Below are positions 26,118 to 35,234 of a DNA stretch of 38,641 nucleotides, piece after piece. This stretch comes from a bacterium (GTDB taxonomy: Bacteria > Eisenbacteria > RBG-16-71-46), in the NCBI GenBank assembly GCA_043779265.1, contig JAYWEM010000105.1, positions 1-38,641 on the forward strand, in the 5' to 3' direction. Every line of letters starts with the position of its first letter. Positions within the stretch are counted from its first letter, which is position 1. The notes below the pieces were generated by a model. It saw nothing but the letters and a program-made list of their open reading frames with translations, was not told the origin of the DNA and searched no databases. The position numbers were made by a program, and so were the translations under genes.

Positions 26118-28052
26118 ATGATGCGTTCGCACCACCGAACCTTGCTCCTTCCGATCCTGCTCGGGAGCACGCTGGTCTCGCCGATTCCCGCGAGGGCCCT
26201 GGCCACCGATGCGCACCGCTGCTCCCCGCTCGCGGCCGAGGCGGCACTCCAGATCACCATCGATCCGCTCGACACCCTGCTCGTCGGTCGCGTCGTGTTC
26301 ATCACGTTCCCCGATTCGCGCACGGGGCTGCTGCCCTCTTACGCCGGTCAGCTGCCCTCCGAGCTGGCGCACTATCTGGCGACGCAGTCGCGTGGCCGCT
26401 GGCGCACCGACATCCGGTTCGTCCGGCGCACAGACGCCCCCGACTCGGCGTGGCGAGCGCCGAGGCCCGCCGCGGAGTACGCGGGGCTGACGGGTCGGCG
26501 CTACTGGGAGGCGAACCGGGAGGTGCTGGCCGCGATCGCAGCGGAGCAGCCCGGCATCTGGGACGGTGTCGATCAGGTGTGGGTGCTGCATGACCAGTGC
26601 ACGTTCCCTTGTTCCGACAACCGCACGCGGGATACCTGCGAGGACACTTGCCCGTTCGGCGGCATCGCCACACTCGGCGCGACCGAACTCGAGGTGCCGG
26701 GGCTGCGAGGCGGCGGCACGACGCAACGCCGTTACTCGAGGGCAAACGAAACGCGCGACCACGCGATCCAGTCGTCGTTCGCCGTGCACGAGTTCGGCCA
26801 TCGGATCCTGCGCGCACCGCATGCGCCGGGCTCGGATGAGGGCGGCGCCGACTGGGTGAACTTCGGTCGCTACGATGTGCTGCGCTCGGGCGTCAATGGC
26901 GCACCCTCGAGAGAAGAGGGCCTTCTCCCCTACAGCCCGCTGCATCTGGCGCGCTGGGGCTGGCTGCCGAGGCGGGTGATCGATCGCGATGCGATCGGCG
27001 TGCCGCTCTCGGACGTGATGGGGCCGCGCGGTGAGCTGATCGAAGTGCGGACGCGCAGCGCACAGCAGAGCTTCGCGCTCGCCTTGCATGCAGGCTCGAC
27101 GCCCTACGACGAGCGCTACGGCGGCACGGGCCTGCTCGTGTGGCACGTGCTGCGCGATGCCTCGGGAATCGATCGGCGCTGGGATCTGGAGAGCGCCGCC
27201 GGCCGATTGAGCAATGGCCAGCCCGATCCCGTCGGAGGTCGAGACGCTTTGGAATCCGATCCGCTCGCGCTGGGCTCCGAGGCCGATTTCTTCCAGCCCG
27301 GCCGGGCGATGGTGCTCGGTCCGGAGAGCAACCCATCGTCGCGGCTGCACGAACTGGACGACTTCAAGTCGCCCGAAACGGCGCTGAGCGGCGTGGCGAT
27401 CGAGAATCTGCGCGCCTCGGCAACGCCAGGCGATCTGCTCGTGGACATCTGGGTGACGCCCGCGCAGCTCGTGATCTCGCCTGCTGGGGGAGCGCGCGTG
27501 CCGCAAGGCGAGCCGCTCGTCGTCGAATGGCAACCGAGGGCCAGTGCGCGCGTGGCCGAGGTGAGTCTCGAGCTATCGCTCGATGACGGCGCCTCGTGGC
27601 GCGTGATCGCGCCGTCGTTGCCGAACACCGGCGAGTGGAGCGGGCTCGCCGATGGCGCGAGCGAGCGAGCGCGAGTGCGCGTGTCGTCGCGTGATTCGAG
27701 CGGGTATGTCGGGTCGCGCGTCTCGGATACGTTCGCGATCGAGGGCGCCCCGCTGCCTCCTGCCACCGCGCTGTCGTTCGCGCCGCCCGCACCCAACCCG
27801 AGCGGCGGGCCGACGAGGTTGCGGTTCACGCTACCGTCTGCCTCGCACGTGCGCATCATCGTGCTCGACCTGGGCGGGCGGCTCGTGCGCGTGCTCGCTG
27901 ATGGCGAGCGGCCCGCCGGGGATGCCGAGGTCGTCTGGGATGGCCTCGACCACTCGGGTCGGCTGGTGCGTCCGGGGCTCTACGTTGCGATTCTCGAGAG
28001 CGATCGCTCGCAGCTCAGGCGGCGCCTCATCCGCATCGATGCGGGGCGCTGA
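26118..28052 (+). CDS. Secreted zinc metalloprotease (M6/immune inhibitor A-like) with Ig-like domain and FlgD-Ig/T9SS-like tail
   Basis: Signal peptide; HEFGH zincin motif; GLLVWHV; LSLDDGASWRVIA; tail PNPS...LDLGGRLVRVL...WDGLDHSGRLVRPGLY. Confidence 0.75.
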   Translation: MMRSHHRTLLLPILLGSTLVSPIPARALATDAHRCSPLAAEAALQITIDPLDTLLVGRVVFITFPDSRTGLLPSYAGQLPSELAHYLATQSRGRWRTDIRFVRRTDAPDSAWRAPRPAAEYAGLTGRRYWEANREVLAAIAAEQPGIWDGVDQVWVLHDQCTFPCSDNRTRDTCEDTCPFGGIATLGATELEVPGLRGGGTTQRRYSRANETRDHAIQSSFAVHEFGHRILRAPHAPGSDEGGADWVNFGRYDVLRSGVNGAPSREEGLLPYSPLHLARWGWLPRRVIDRDAIGVPLSDVMGPRGELIEVRTRSAQQSFALALHAGSTPYDERYGGTGLLVWHVLRDASGIDRRWDLESAAGRLSNGQPDPVGGRDALESDPLALGSEADFFQPGRAMVLGPESNPSSRLHELDDFKSPETALSGVAIENLRASATPGDLLVDIWVTPAQLVISPAGGARVPQGEPLVVEWQPRASARVAEVSLELSLDDGASWRVIAPSLPNTGEWSGLADGASERARVRVSSRDSSGYVGSRVSDTFAIEGAPLPPATALSFAPPAPNPSGGPTRLRFTLPSASHVRIIVLDLGGRLVRVLADGERPAGDAEVVWDGLDHSGRLVRPGLYVAILESDRSQLRRRLIRIDAGR

Positions 28053-28064
28053 AGCGAGTCCGCC

Positions 28065-29333
28065 TCAGTTGGAGCCGTGGAGATTGGCGCGCCTCACCGC
28101 CTGGATCGGGAGGCCGAACCAGCCCACCACGATCTCGGGCACCTGACCGGCGCCTCGCCGGAACCACAGGTGCACCGCATCGGGATCCTCGCCGCTGACG
28201 AAACGCGCCGTGCCCAGGTGGCGCAGTGAGTGACGGGCCAGCACGACGGGAGACGCTCCCCGTTCCCTCGTCGAAACGACGAGTTGCAGCGCTTCCCCTT
28301 GCGGCTGCACATCGACCAACAGCGCACCGCACTCGTACTCGCCGGCCACTCGCTCGATGTCGCTCGGCTCGAGCGGCTGCTCGGCCGGGAGTCGCAGCGG
28401 AAGTCCGAACAACCGCCGGGCGATGCGGCGCTCGAGCGCCGGCAACCTCCAATCATCCGGCCGATCGATCATGACCGCGATCGACAGATCGTCGGCGGGA
28501 TAGCGCGCGAGCACGGCAGTCGAGCGTGCGCTGGTCCCCGCATGCATGAACTTGGCGCGGTCCTCGAACGTCTGCAACTCGAGCCCAAGGCCATAGGCCC
28601 ACGTGCGTTCGTCGCGCATCGGCTTCATGAGCGTCAGCTGCTGATGCGCCTTCTGGTGCAGCACGCCGCCTCGATCGATCGCGCGGCTCCAGCGCACGAG
28701 ATCGCTTGGCGTCGACCACACGGAGTCAGCCGAACGAGGATCGAATGAGACGAGTCCCGCTCGTCTCGCGAGGTCCGCGAGCATCTCCTCATAGGGCGTG
28801 CCGGTGCGGTTCGCGAGCACGCGGCGTGCGTGGTCGTAGTGCACACGGCTCTCGGTCCACCGAGTGTTCGGGCGACCCGCGAGGCGCACGCCACCGCCCG
28901 AATCAGCGGCCACCAAGCCCGACACCTGCCGCAACAGCTCGCGAATGGTCGGGGCGAGCGCATCGGCCGGCGCGCCCACGGACTCGGCCCTCAAGGGTGC
29001 GTCGAGATCGACCACGCCCGACTCGGAAAGCGTGAGGGCCAGGACCGACGTGAACTGCCGCTCGATCTCGCCGATCTCGAATCGCGTGCTCGTGTCCGCT
29101 CGTGCCGAGCTGGAGCCGGATCCGCCATAGACACGGGCCACCAGCAACGAGTCCCCACGCTGCACGGCGATCGAGAGGGTCGCACCCGCGGATTCGCCCA
29201 GGTGAGCTTGCACGTCCTCGGCGATCCCGGCCCATGTCGCATCGTCCCACTGCGGCAGCTTGGGGCCAGGAGGCGGCGCACAGCCGATCGACAGGGCGAG
29301 TGAGAGCGTCGAGGCGAGCCGGCACGAGAACAC
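28065..29333 (-). CDS. Beta-lactamase/serine-hydrolase-fold lipoprotein lacking catalytic motifs; start uncertain (possible CTG at 29354 behind GGAGG)
   Basis: LSIGC lipobox; DTSTRFEIGEIERQF where FxIGSxxKxF is expected; TIRELLRQVSGL, STPSDLVRW, YGLGL, HAG. Confidence 0.72.
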   Translation of the reverse strand: MFSCRLASTLSLALSIGCAPPPGPKLPQWDDATWAGIAEDVQAHLGESAGATLSIAVQRGDSLLVARVYGGSGSSSARADTSTRFEIGEIERQFTSVLALTLSESGVVDLDAPLRAESVGAPADALAPTIRELLRQVSGLVAADSGGGVRLAGRPNTRWTESRVHYDHARRVLANRTGTPYEEMLADLARRAGLVSFDPRSADSVWSTPSDLVRWSRAIDRGGVLHQKAHQQLTLMKPMRDERTWAYGLGLELQTFEDRAKFMHAGTSARSTAVLARYPADDLSIAVMIDRPDDWRLPALERRIARRLFGLPLRLPAEQPLEPSDIERVAGEYECGALLVDVQPQGEALQLVVSTRERGASPVVLARHSLRHLGTARFVSGEDPDAVHLWFRRGAGQVPEIVVGWFGLPIQAVRRANLHGSN

Positions 29334-29565
29334 GAGCGAGCGCGAAGCGGACAGGTGAGGCCTCCGGGATCAGGGACTCAGGGGGCGGGCGATCCGCGCC
29401 CGTGGCCGCCGACTCTAGCGCGCCGGGGCGCGCAGCTCACGCCACGCTCCAACACGGCCATTCGGGCCGTTTCCACACGAACTCAACTCCGCGGCCAATC
29501 GACCGAGACTTCTCGACTGGCAGCCCATTCCGTTCCGACTCGAGTCCTCCCGCCCAGGATCCTCC

Positions 29566-31110
29566 ATGCCCGAGCCCGCACGCGCCTATCACGGCCTCGC
29601 GTCCATCCTCCTCGATGCCGGCGTGGTCACCGCCGAGCAGGTCGACCAGGGCCTCGAGCGTCACCGAGAGACCGGTCAACGCATCGGCGAGACGTTGGTC
29701 GAGATCGGCGCCGCCACCGAAGAGGACATCGGCTGGGCGCTGTCGCGTCAGCTCGGCCTGCCGTTCGTCGATGTGCAGGCCGACACGCTCGACCCCGAGC
29801 TGATCCGCTCGTTCCCCGCCGGGCTGCTCTATCGATTGCACGCGGTGCCGCTGCTGCGGACCGAGGACGGGATGACCATCGCGTTCTCGGACCCGACCGA
29901 TGCGCAGGCGAACCTGCACCTCGAATCGATCGCCGGTTGCCCCATCTTCGCCAGCGTCACCACGCCATCGGCCGTGCGCCGCGTGCTCGCGCCGCTGCTG
30001 GGCGCGCATGGGGCCTCGGCGCCCGCTCGTGCCGCCAACGGACCCGTCGGTACGACGGCCGTGATCTGGGAGCGCTCGGGCATCGACTTCCTGCACTTCC
30101 ATCTGCACAGCGCCCAGCTGTCGGGCGCGACGGCGATCCACTTCATCCCCGAGCCCGGCACGGTGCGCGTCTATCAGCGGCGCGCCGCCGGGATCGTTCC
30201 AGTCGCCTCGGAACCCGCCGAATCCTACGAGGCGCTGCTCACCCAACTCGAGATCCTCGGCGCGCCGATCGGCGAGCGCGGGCTCGATCTGCATCGCTCC
30301 GCCCAGATCGACGTCGAGTTGCCGACGCAGACGATCCGGCTCGGCGTCGCACTGCTGATGCACGACGGCGCCGCGCACGTCACGCTGCGGCTCCCCGCTG
30401 CCGACGCGCTCCCGGCCTCGATCGAGGCCATGGGCCTCGACCCGGTCGATCTCGCCTGCGTCCGCGACGTGCTGCATCAGCCCGCCGGCCTCGTGCTGGT
30501 GAGCGGGCCCGCAGGCTCGGGCTGCTCGCATTCGCTGGCCTGTCTGTTGAGCGAGGCGCTGCGCCAGGAGCGCAGCGCCATGGTGTTCGGCTCGCTGCCG
30601 CTGACCTCGATTCGCGATCGCGTCGTGTTCTCGCTGCCGGGACAGGCGGCGCGCGACTCGTGGGAGTCGATCGTCACCGAGCACTCCCCCGACGTCGTCG
30701 TGCTCGACGACGTGACCTCAGGCGAGGATCTGGCCGCGCTCACGTCGTCGGCCGGCATGGGCCGACTGGTGCTCGCGCGGACCGATTGGGGCGACAGCTT
30801 CGCACTGCTCGAACAGCTCACGTCGCGCCCGCATGGCCGCTCGGCGGCGGCGAGCCGGTTGTTGCTCGTCATCCAGCAGCGCTTGCTCCCCCCCTTCGCC
30901 GTCGATGCCGAACAGACGACGCGTGTCCGACTGGAGGTGCTGGTGATCAGCGATGTGATGCGTGCCACGCTGCGGGCCGGCGCCAAGGCCGATGGCATGC
31001 GGCAGCTGGCCCGCGCCGAGGGCTTCCAGGATCTCGCCACTCGGCTCGAAGCCGAGGTTCGCACCGGACGACTCGACGCCGCGACGGCGTCGCGCGCACT
31101 GGCGATCTGA
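29566..31110 (+). CDS. MshEN-domain PilB/GspE-like protein with degenerate ATPase motifs
   Basis: RIGETLVEIG...ALSRQ MshEN-like repeat; ATAIHFIP (expected ASDIHIEP); Walker A GPAGSGCS; SPDVVVLDDV; GRLVLARTDW; QQRLL. Confidence 0.8.
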   Translation: MPEPARAYHGLASILLDAGVVTAEQVDQGLERHRETGQRIGETLVEIGAATEEDIGWALSRQLGLPFVDVQADTLDPELIRSFPAGLLYRLHAVPLLRTEDGMTIAFSDPTDAQANLHLESIAGCPIFASVTTPSAVRRVLAPLLGAHGASAPARAANGPVGTTAVIWERSGIDFLHFHLHSAQLSGATAIHFIPEPGTVRVYQRRAAGIVPVASEPAESYEALLTQLEILGAPIGERGLDLHRSAQIDVELPTQTIRLGVALLMHDGAAHVTLRLPAADALPASIEAMGLDPVDLACVRDVLHQPAGLVLVSGPAGSGCSHSLACLLSEALRQERSAMVFGSLPLTSIRDRVVFSLPGQAARDSWESIVTEHSPDVVVLDDVTSGEDLAALTSSAGMGRLVLARTDWGDSFALLEQLTSRPHGRSAAASRLLLVIQQRLLPPFAVDAEQTTRVRLEVLVISDVMRATLRAGAKADGMRQLARAEGFQDLATRLEAEVRTGRLDAATASRALAI

Positions 31111-31112
31111 CC

Positions 31113-32276
31113 ATGGCCATCGACCTGACTGCGATCCTGACGTTCGCCAAAGATGAAGGCGCCTCCGACCTCCACATCGCGCCCGACCTGCCGCCCATCC
31201 TGCGCATCCGCGGCGAGACCGTGCGCCTCGAGATGCGCTCACTGACCCCCGAGGACACGCACGCCGCCATCTACGACGTGATGAACGATCAGCAGAAGCG
31301 CATCTTCGAGGAGACGCGCGATCTCGATTTCGCGCTCGAGATCCCCGGCGTCTGCCGGTTCCGCGCCAACGTGCTGATGGGCCGGCGCGGCGAGCAGGCC
31401 GTGTTCCGGCTGGTCCCGACGACCGTGAAGTCGCTCGAGGAACTCAACATGCCGCCGGTCCTGAAGATGCTCGCCCAGAAAGAGAAGGGGCTGGTCGTCG
31501 TGACCGGTCCGACCGGCTCGGGCAAGTCGACCACGCTCGCGGCGATGGTGGACTACATCAACGAGACCAAGCGCGGCCACATCCTGACGGTCGAGGATCC
31601 GATCGAGTTCGTGCACCCGTCCAAGAAGTGCCTGGTGACGCAGCGAGAAGTCGGGCCGCACACGCAGACCTTCACGAGCGCACTTCGCGCCGCGCTGCGC
31701 GAGGACCCGGACGTGATCCTGGTCGGTGAGTTGCGCGATCTGGAGACGACGCAGCTGGCGATCTCGGCCGCCGAGACCGGGCACCTGGTGTTCGGAACGC
31801 TGCACACCAACTCGGCCTCCAAGACGATCGATCGCGTCATCGACATCTTCCCCTCGGGCCAGCAGGCGCAGATCCGCACCATGCTCTCCGAGTCGCTCGA
31901 GGGCGTCGTCGCACAGACACTACTGCCCTCCAAGGACGGCAAGGGTCGTGTCGCGGCGCTGGAGGTGCTGGTCGGCGTGCCGGCGCTGCGCAACCTGATC
32001 CGCGAGGACAAGACCGCTCAGATCCTGTCAGTGATCCAGACCGGCGCGCAGCACGGCATGGTGAGCCTGGACCAGTCGCTTCGGGACCTGGTGATGCAGG
32101 GCCGGATCTCGCGCGAGGTCGCCATGTCCAAGTCGTCCAATCCGCGCCTGCTCGAGTCCGCCGGTGGCGATACCGCCGCCCCCCGTCCCGCCTCGGGCGC
32201 GCCGCCCGGCGCAGCCCAACGCCCGGCCGCCGCACGTCCCGTCGAGGAACCCAAGCGCGGTCTGTTCGGCCGCTGA
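31113..32276 (+). CDS. pilT: Type IV pilus retraction ATPase PilT paralogue 2
   Basis: ASDLH, GPTGSGKSTT, EDPIEF, ALREDPDVILVGELRD, TGHLVFGTLH, ALRNLIRE. True start is MAIDL at 31113. Confidence 0.95.
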   Translation: MAIDLTAILTFAKDEGASDLHIAPDLPPILRIRGETVRLEMRSLTPEDTHAAIYDVMNDQQKRIFEETRDLDFALEIPGVCRFRANVLMGRRGEQAVFRLVPTTVKSLEELNMPPVLKMLAQKEKGLVVVTGPTGSGKSTTLAAMVDYINETKRGHILTVEDPIEFVHPSKKCLVTQREVGPHTQTFTSALRAALREDPDVILVGELRDLETTQLAISAAETGHLVFGTLHTNSASKTIDRVIDIFPSGQQAQIRTMLSESLEGVVAQTLLPSKDGKGRVAALEVLVGVPALRNLIREDKTAQILSVIQTGAQHGMVSLDQSLRDLVMQGRISREVAMSKSSNPRLLESAGGDTAAPRPASGAPPGAAQRPAAARPVEEPKRGLFGR

Positions 32277-32287
32277 GAGGCCTGCTC

Positions 32288-33406
32288 ATGCAACTCGAGG
32301 ATCTGCTCCAAGGCCTGCGCCAGAGCGGCGGCTCCGATCTGTATCTGACCGCCGACTCGCAGGCGCTCTACCGCGTCGATGGTTCGACCATCGCCGCGAC
32401 CGAGCAGCCGCTCGATGCGCAGCAGGTGAATGCGATGATCCGCGCCGCACTCAGCGAGACCGAGTTGCGCGATTTCGATCGCACGCACGAGCTGAACACC
32501 GCGCGCATGATCGCAGGCGTCGGGCGGTTCCGCCTGAACGTGTTCCAGCAGCGCGGCGCGACGGGGCTCGTCGCCCGCATCATCCCGATCGAGTTCCCCG
32601 ATGCCACGCAACTCGGGCTGCCCGCCTCGCTCACCGAGCTGATCATGCAGAAGCGCGGCCTGATCTTGGTGACCGGCGCCACCGGCTCGGGCAAGTCGAC
32701 CACGCTCGCGGCGCTGATCGACCATCGCAATCTGCACTCGCGCGGCCACATCCTGACGGTCGAGGACCCCATCGAGTTCGTGCACCCGCACAAAGGCTGC
32801 GTCATCACGCAGCGCGAAGTCGGCGTGGACACGGAGTCGTTCGGCGCCGGCTTGAAGAGCGCGCTGCGGCAGGCCCCCGATGTGATCCTGATCGGCGAGA
32901 TGCGCGATCTGGAGACCGTGGAGGCCGCGCTGCACTTCTCGGAGACGGGTCATCTCGTGCTGGGCACGCTGCACGCCAACAACGCGAATCAGGCCGTCGA
33001 GCGGTTCATGAACTTCTTCGCCGCCGAGTCGCACGCTCAGGTCTACAACCAGCTCGCGCTCAACGTGCGCGGCATCGTGTCGCAGCGCATCGTGCCGCGA
33101 GCCTCGGGCGAGGGCCGCGTCGCCGCCATCGAGGTGATGCTCAACTCGCCGCGCATCGCCGACCTGATGGCCAAGGGCGAGATCGCCGCGATGAAGGCCG
33201 CGATCGAGGCCAACTCGATGGACGGCTCGCAGAGTTTCGACCAGGCACTCTACGAACTGCACCGCCGTGGCGAGATCACCCACGACGAGGCGCTCCGCCA
33301 GGCGGACAGCGCCAACAACCTGCGACTGCGGATCAAGATGGAGGCGGCGAATGGAGCGCCCGGCGACAAGCCGCAGTTCAGCCTGCAGCAGGACAAGGCG
33401 GCCTGA
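32288..33406 (+). CDS. pilU: PilU-type twitching motility ATPase
   Basis: GATGSGKSTT, ALRQAPDVILIGEMRD, TGHLVLGTLHANNANQA, C-terminal ADSANNLRLRIK (PilU-typical). Confidence 0.9.
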   Translation: MQLEDLLQGLRQSGGSDLYLTADSQALYRVDGSTIAATEQPLDAQQVNAMIRAALSETELRDFDRTHELNTARMIAGVGRFRLNVFQQRGATGLVARIIPIEFPDATQLGLPASLTELIMQKRGLILVTGATGSGKSTTLAALIDHRNLHSRGHILTVEDPIEFVHPHKGCVITQREVGVDTESFGAGLKSALRQAPDVILIGEMRDLETVEAALHFSETGHLVLGTLHANNANQAVERFMNFFAAESHAQVYNQLALNVRGIVSQRIVPRASGEGRVAAIEVMLNSPRIADLMAKGEIAAMKAAIEANSMDGSQSFDQALYELHRRGEITHDEALRQADSANNLRLRIKMEAANGAPGDKPQFSLQQDKAA

Positions 33407-33476
33407 GGGGTTGGTCGGTAGGCGTGGTCGATCGTGCACGTGCTCACACCAGCTTGGGTGGGCGCGCGTTCCGACC

Positions 33477-34394
33477 TCAGCCCCAAGGCCCGCCCGGCGG
33501 CCAGCTTCGAGGGTGCGCCTCACCGGTGGCCAAGGCTGCAAGCAGCGGCCAGACGAAACCGCGGATTCCTCGAACAGCCTCTTCGAGACCCACTTCGCCA
33601 CGCCGCAACTGCCCCCTCGACGCGAACGCCCTCCACTGACCCTGTTTGTCGGGGTCCTCGACGAACTCGTCTCCCAAGGCGCGTGGCAGTTCCACCGGCA
33701 GATCGGTCCTCCGTCGCTCGAAGGTCGCCCGAAACGCGGCCGCCAGCTTCGCGCCGTCGAACTCGAACTCCCGAGACAGCAACCAGACGTCGTAGAAGTC
33801 CTTCATTCGGCTGTTCAAGAGGCCGAGCGCGACGATGGCCTCGAGCTTCTCCGAGACGACGCTGTAGCGCGTGTAGGCTCGGATTCGTGGCGCCGGCAGA
33901 TCGATCAACGTGGGGAAATCGATCCACTCCGCCGCCGGCTCGACCGCGTCGCCGAAACCGATGTCGATCTGAACCGGCACTCGTGCCCCGCCGAAGTCAG
34001 CGGTCATTCGCACGCGCACTCCCCCGTAGCGGTCCTCACCGCGGATCTCCTCCGCTCGAACGGACTCCGGATCGAACACGATGGCATCCTCGCCGCCGTC
34101 CGAGCCCGCAAGTGCGCGGAACACGGCGACCAGCCGCTCCGGCGAGGGCTCTCCCAGTCCGAGGAAGTCGACGTCTCGTGTGGCGCGGTGCGGGACTGCG
34201 GCCCAAGTCCCCACGAGGATCGCGCCCTTGAGAATGAACGAGTCGGCGAACCGACTCGTCGACAGGCGGTACAGCAGCCGCTCGACGCCGTAGCGGCTGA
34301 GCGTCACTTGGAAGTCCTCCTGCCGAGTCCGTCCGAGCCGAAGCAGCTGCTTTCGCAGCTCCGCCGCGCGAGTCCCTCCTCTGGGCTGGCTCAA
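33477..34394 (-). CDS. abiEii: Type IV TA toxin, AbiEii/AbiGii nucleotidyltransferase
   Basis: ERLLYRLS, FILKGA, RATRDVDFL, QIDIGFGD, SEKLEA, NSRMKDFYD; TTG start overlaps the antitoxin TGA. Confidence 0.9.
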   Translation of the reverse strand: MSQPRGGTRAAELRKQLLRLGRTRQEDFQVTLSRYGVERLLYRLSTSRFADSFILKGAILVGTWAAVPHRATRDVDFLGLGEPSPERLVAVFRALAGSDGGEDAIVFDPESVRAEEIRGEDRYGGVRVRMTADFGGARVPVQIDIGFGDAVEPAAEWIDFPTLIDLPAPRIRAYTRYSVVSEKLEAIVALGLLNSRMKDFYDVWLLSREFEFDGAKLAAAFRATFERRRTDLPVELPRALGDEFVEDPDKQGQWRAFASRGQLRRGEVGLEEAVRGIRGFVWPLLAALATGEAHPRSWPPGGPWG

Positions 34395-34993
34395 GTGACC
34401 GCCTCGAGATAGGGCTTCATCACGCTCAGGACCCGGCACACCCGTGCATACTCTCGAAGTTCCTCGCCTCGCTTCGGGTATCGACGGCGATAGTCGCGGA
34501 GCGCCTCGATCGCGATGTCGAGTCCGATCTTGTTCCGGTACTTGAAACAGTCGGCGACGGTCTTCGCTGGCCCGTAGACCCGGATCGTGGTGCCCTCGAC
34601 TTTGCGGTATTCGACTCCCGCCGTGAGCGCCGCTCCTGAGAAACGGACGATCCGAACCGGCAGGTCGGTCAGACGCGGGCGCCGCGCCTTCTCGTCGAGC
34701 GCGATCCAGACCTGGTGGGGCAGCTGCGTGGTCAGCCCGTGCATCTGAAGAGCCGTGAGGAGGCAGACCGTTGCCTCGGGCACTCGCTTGAGCACGGTTG
34801 CCACCGTGTGTGTCTCGGTCGCCGGCGCGTTCGCCAGCCGGTAGACACCGCGAGTGACCCGTTCCAGGACTCCTGCAGATGTCAGTCGACGCAACTCGGA
34901 GCGGTCGATCTGGGCCGCCTCGAGTTCGCGCGCTCGCAGGAGTCGGTTCTTGCCCATCAGGGCGATGACGGCGCGTCGCGTGTTCTTCGCCAT
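34391..34993 (-). CDS. abiEi: Type IV TA antitoxin / autoregulator, AbiEi family
   Basis: wHTH LERVTRGVYRL; CLLTALQMHGLTTQLP; KTVADCFKYRNKIGLDIAIEAL; MKPYLE. Confidence 0.92.
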   Translation of the reverse strand: MAKNTRRAVIALMGKNRLLRARELEAAQIDRSELRRLTSAGVLERVTRGVYRLANAPATETHTVATVLKRVPEATVCLLTALQMHGLTTQLPHQVWIALDEKARRPRLTDLPVRIVRFSGAALTAGVEYRKVEGTTIRVYGPAKTVADCFKYRNKIGLDIAIEALRDYRRRYPKRGEELREYARVCRVLSVMKPYLEAVT

Positions 34994-35000
34994 GGCGGGC

Positions 35001-35052
35001 ATGCTGCCCCGAAACGTCGGGGGTTGTCAATAAGTCCCGACGTTTCGGGGCA
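35001..35052 (-). promoter_or_regulatory. abiE promoter and inverted-repeat operator
   Basis: Perfect 17-bp IR (35005-35021 / 35036-35052). TTGACA lies in the spacer (35030-35025), CAGCAT is 18 nt downstream, and ATG 34993 follows 7 nt later. Confidence 0.8.
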
Positions 35053-35234
35053 AGCCGCTCCTGGGTTACTGGCCGGCGCGAATGAGATGCAAGTGCTTGG
35101 GTCACAGTCCGTTAGCGTCCTCGCGCGCGACAAGGGAATCCGGCTCATGCGTTCGCTGGGCCGATGAGAGCCGACCGCCCTATCTTCTCGAGCTGGCTCG
35201 CGACTCGGCGCGGGTCCCCCTCCCGGAGGCTCGG

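Noticed and set aside
29355..31112. 973-aa ORF suggesting a PilT with a 586-aa N-terminal extension
   Set aside because: The extension is Arg-rich shadow sequence over the real pseudoPilB frame. PilT starts at 31113.
34395..35105. 542-aa AbiEii ORF overlapping the entire antitoxin gene
   Set aside because: The upstream part is off-frame shadow sequence. The toxin-like sequence begins at the TTG coupled to the antitoxin stop.
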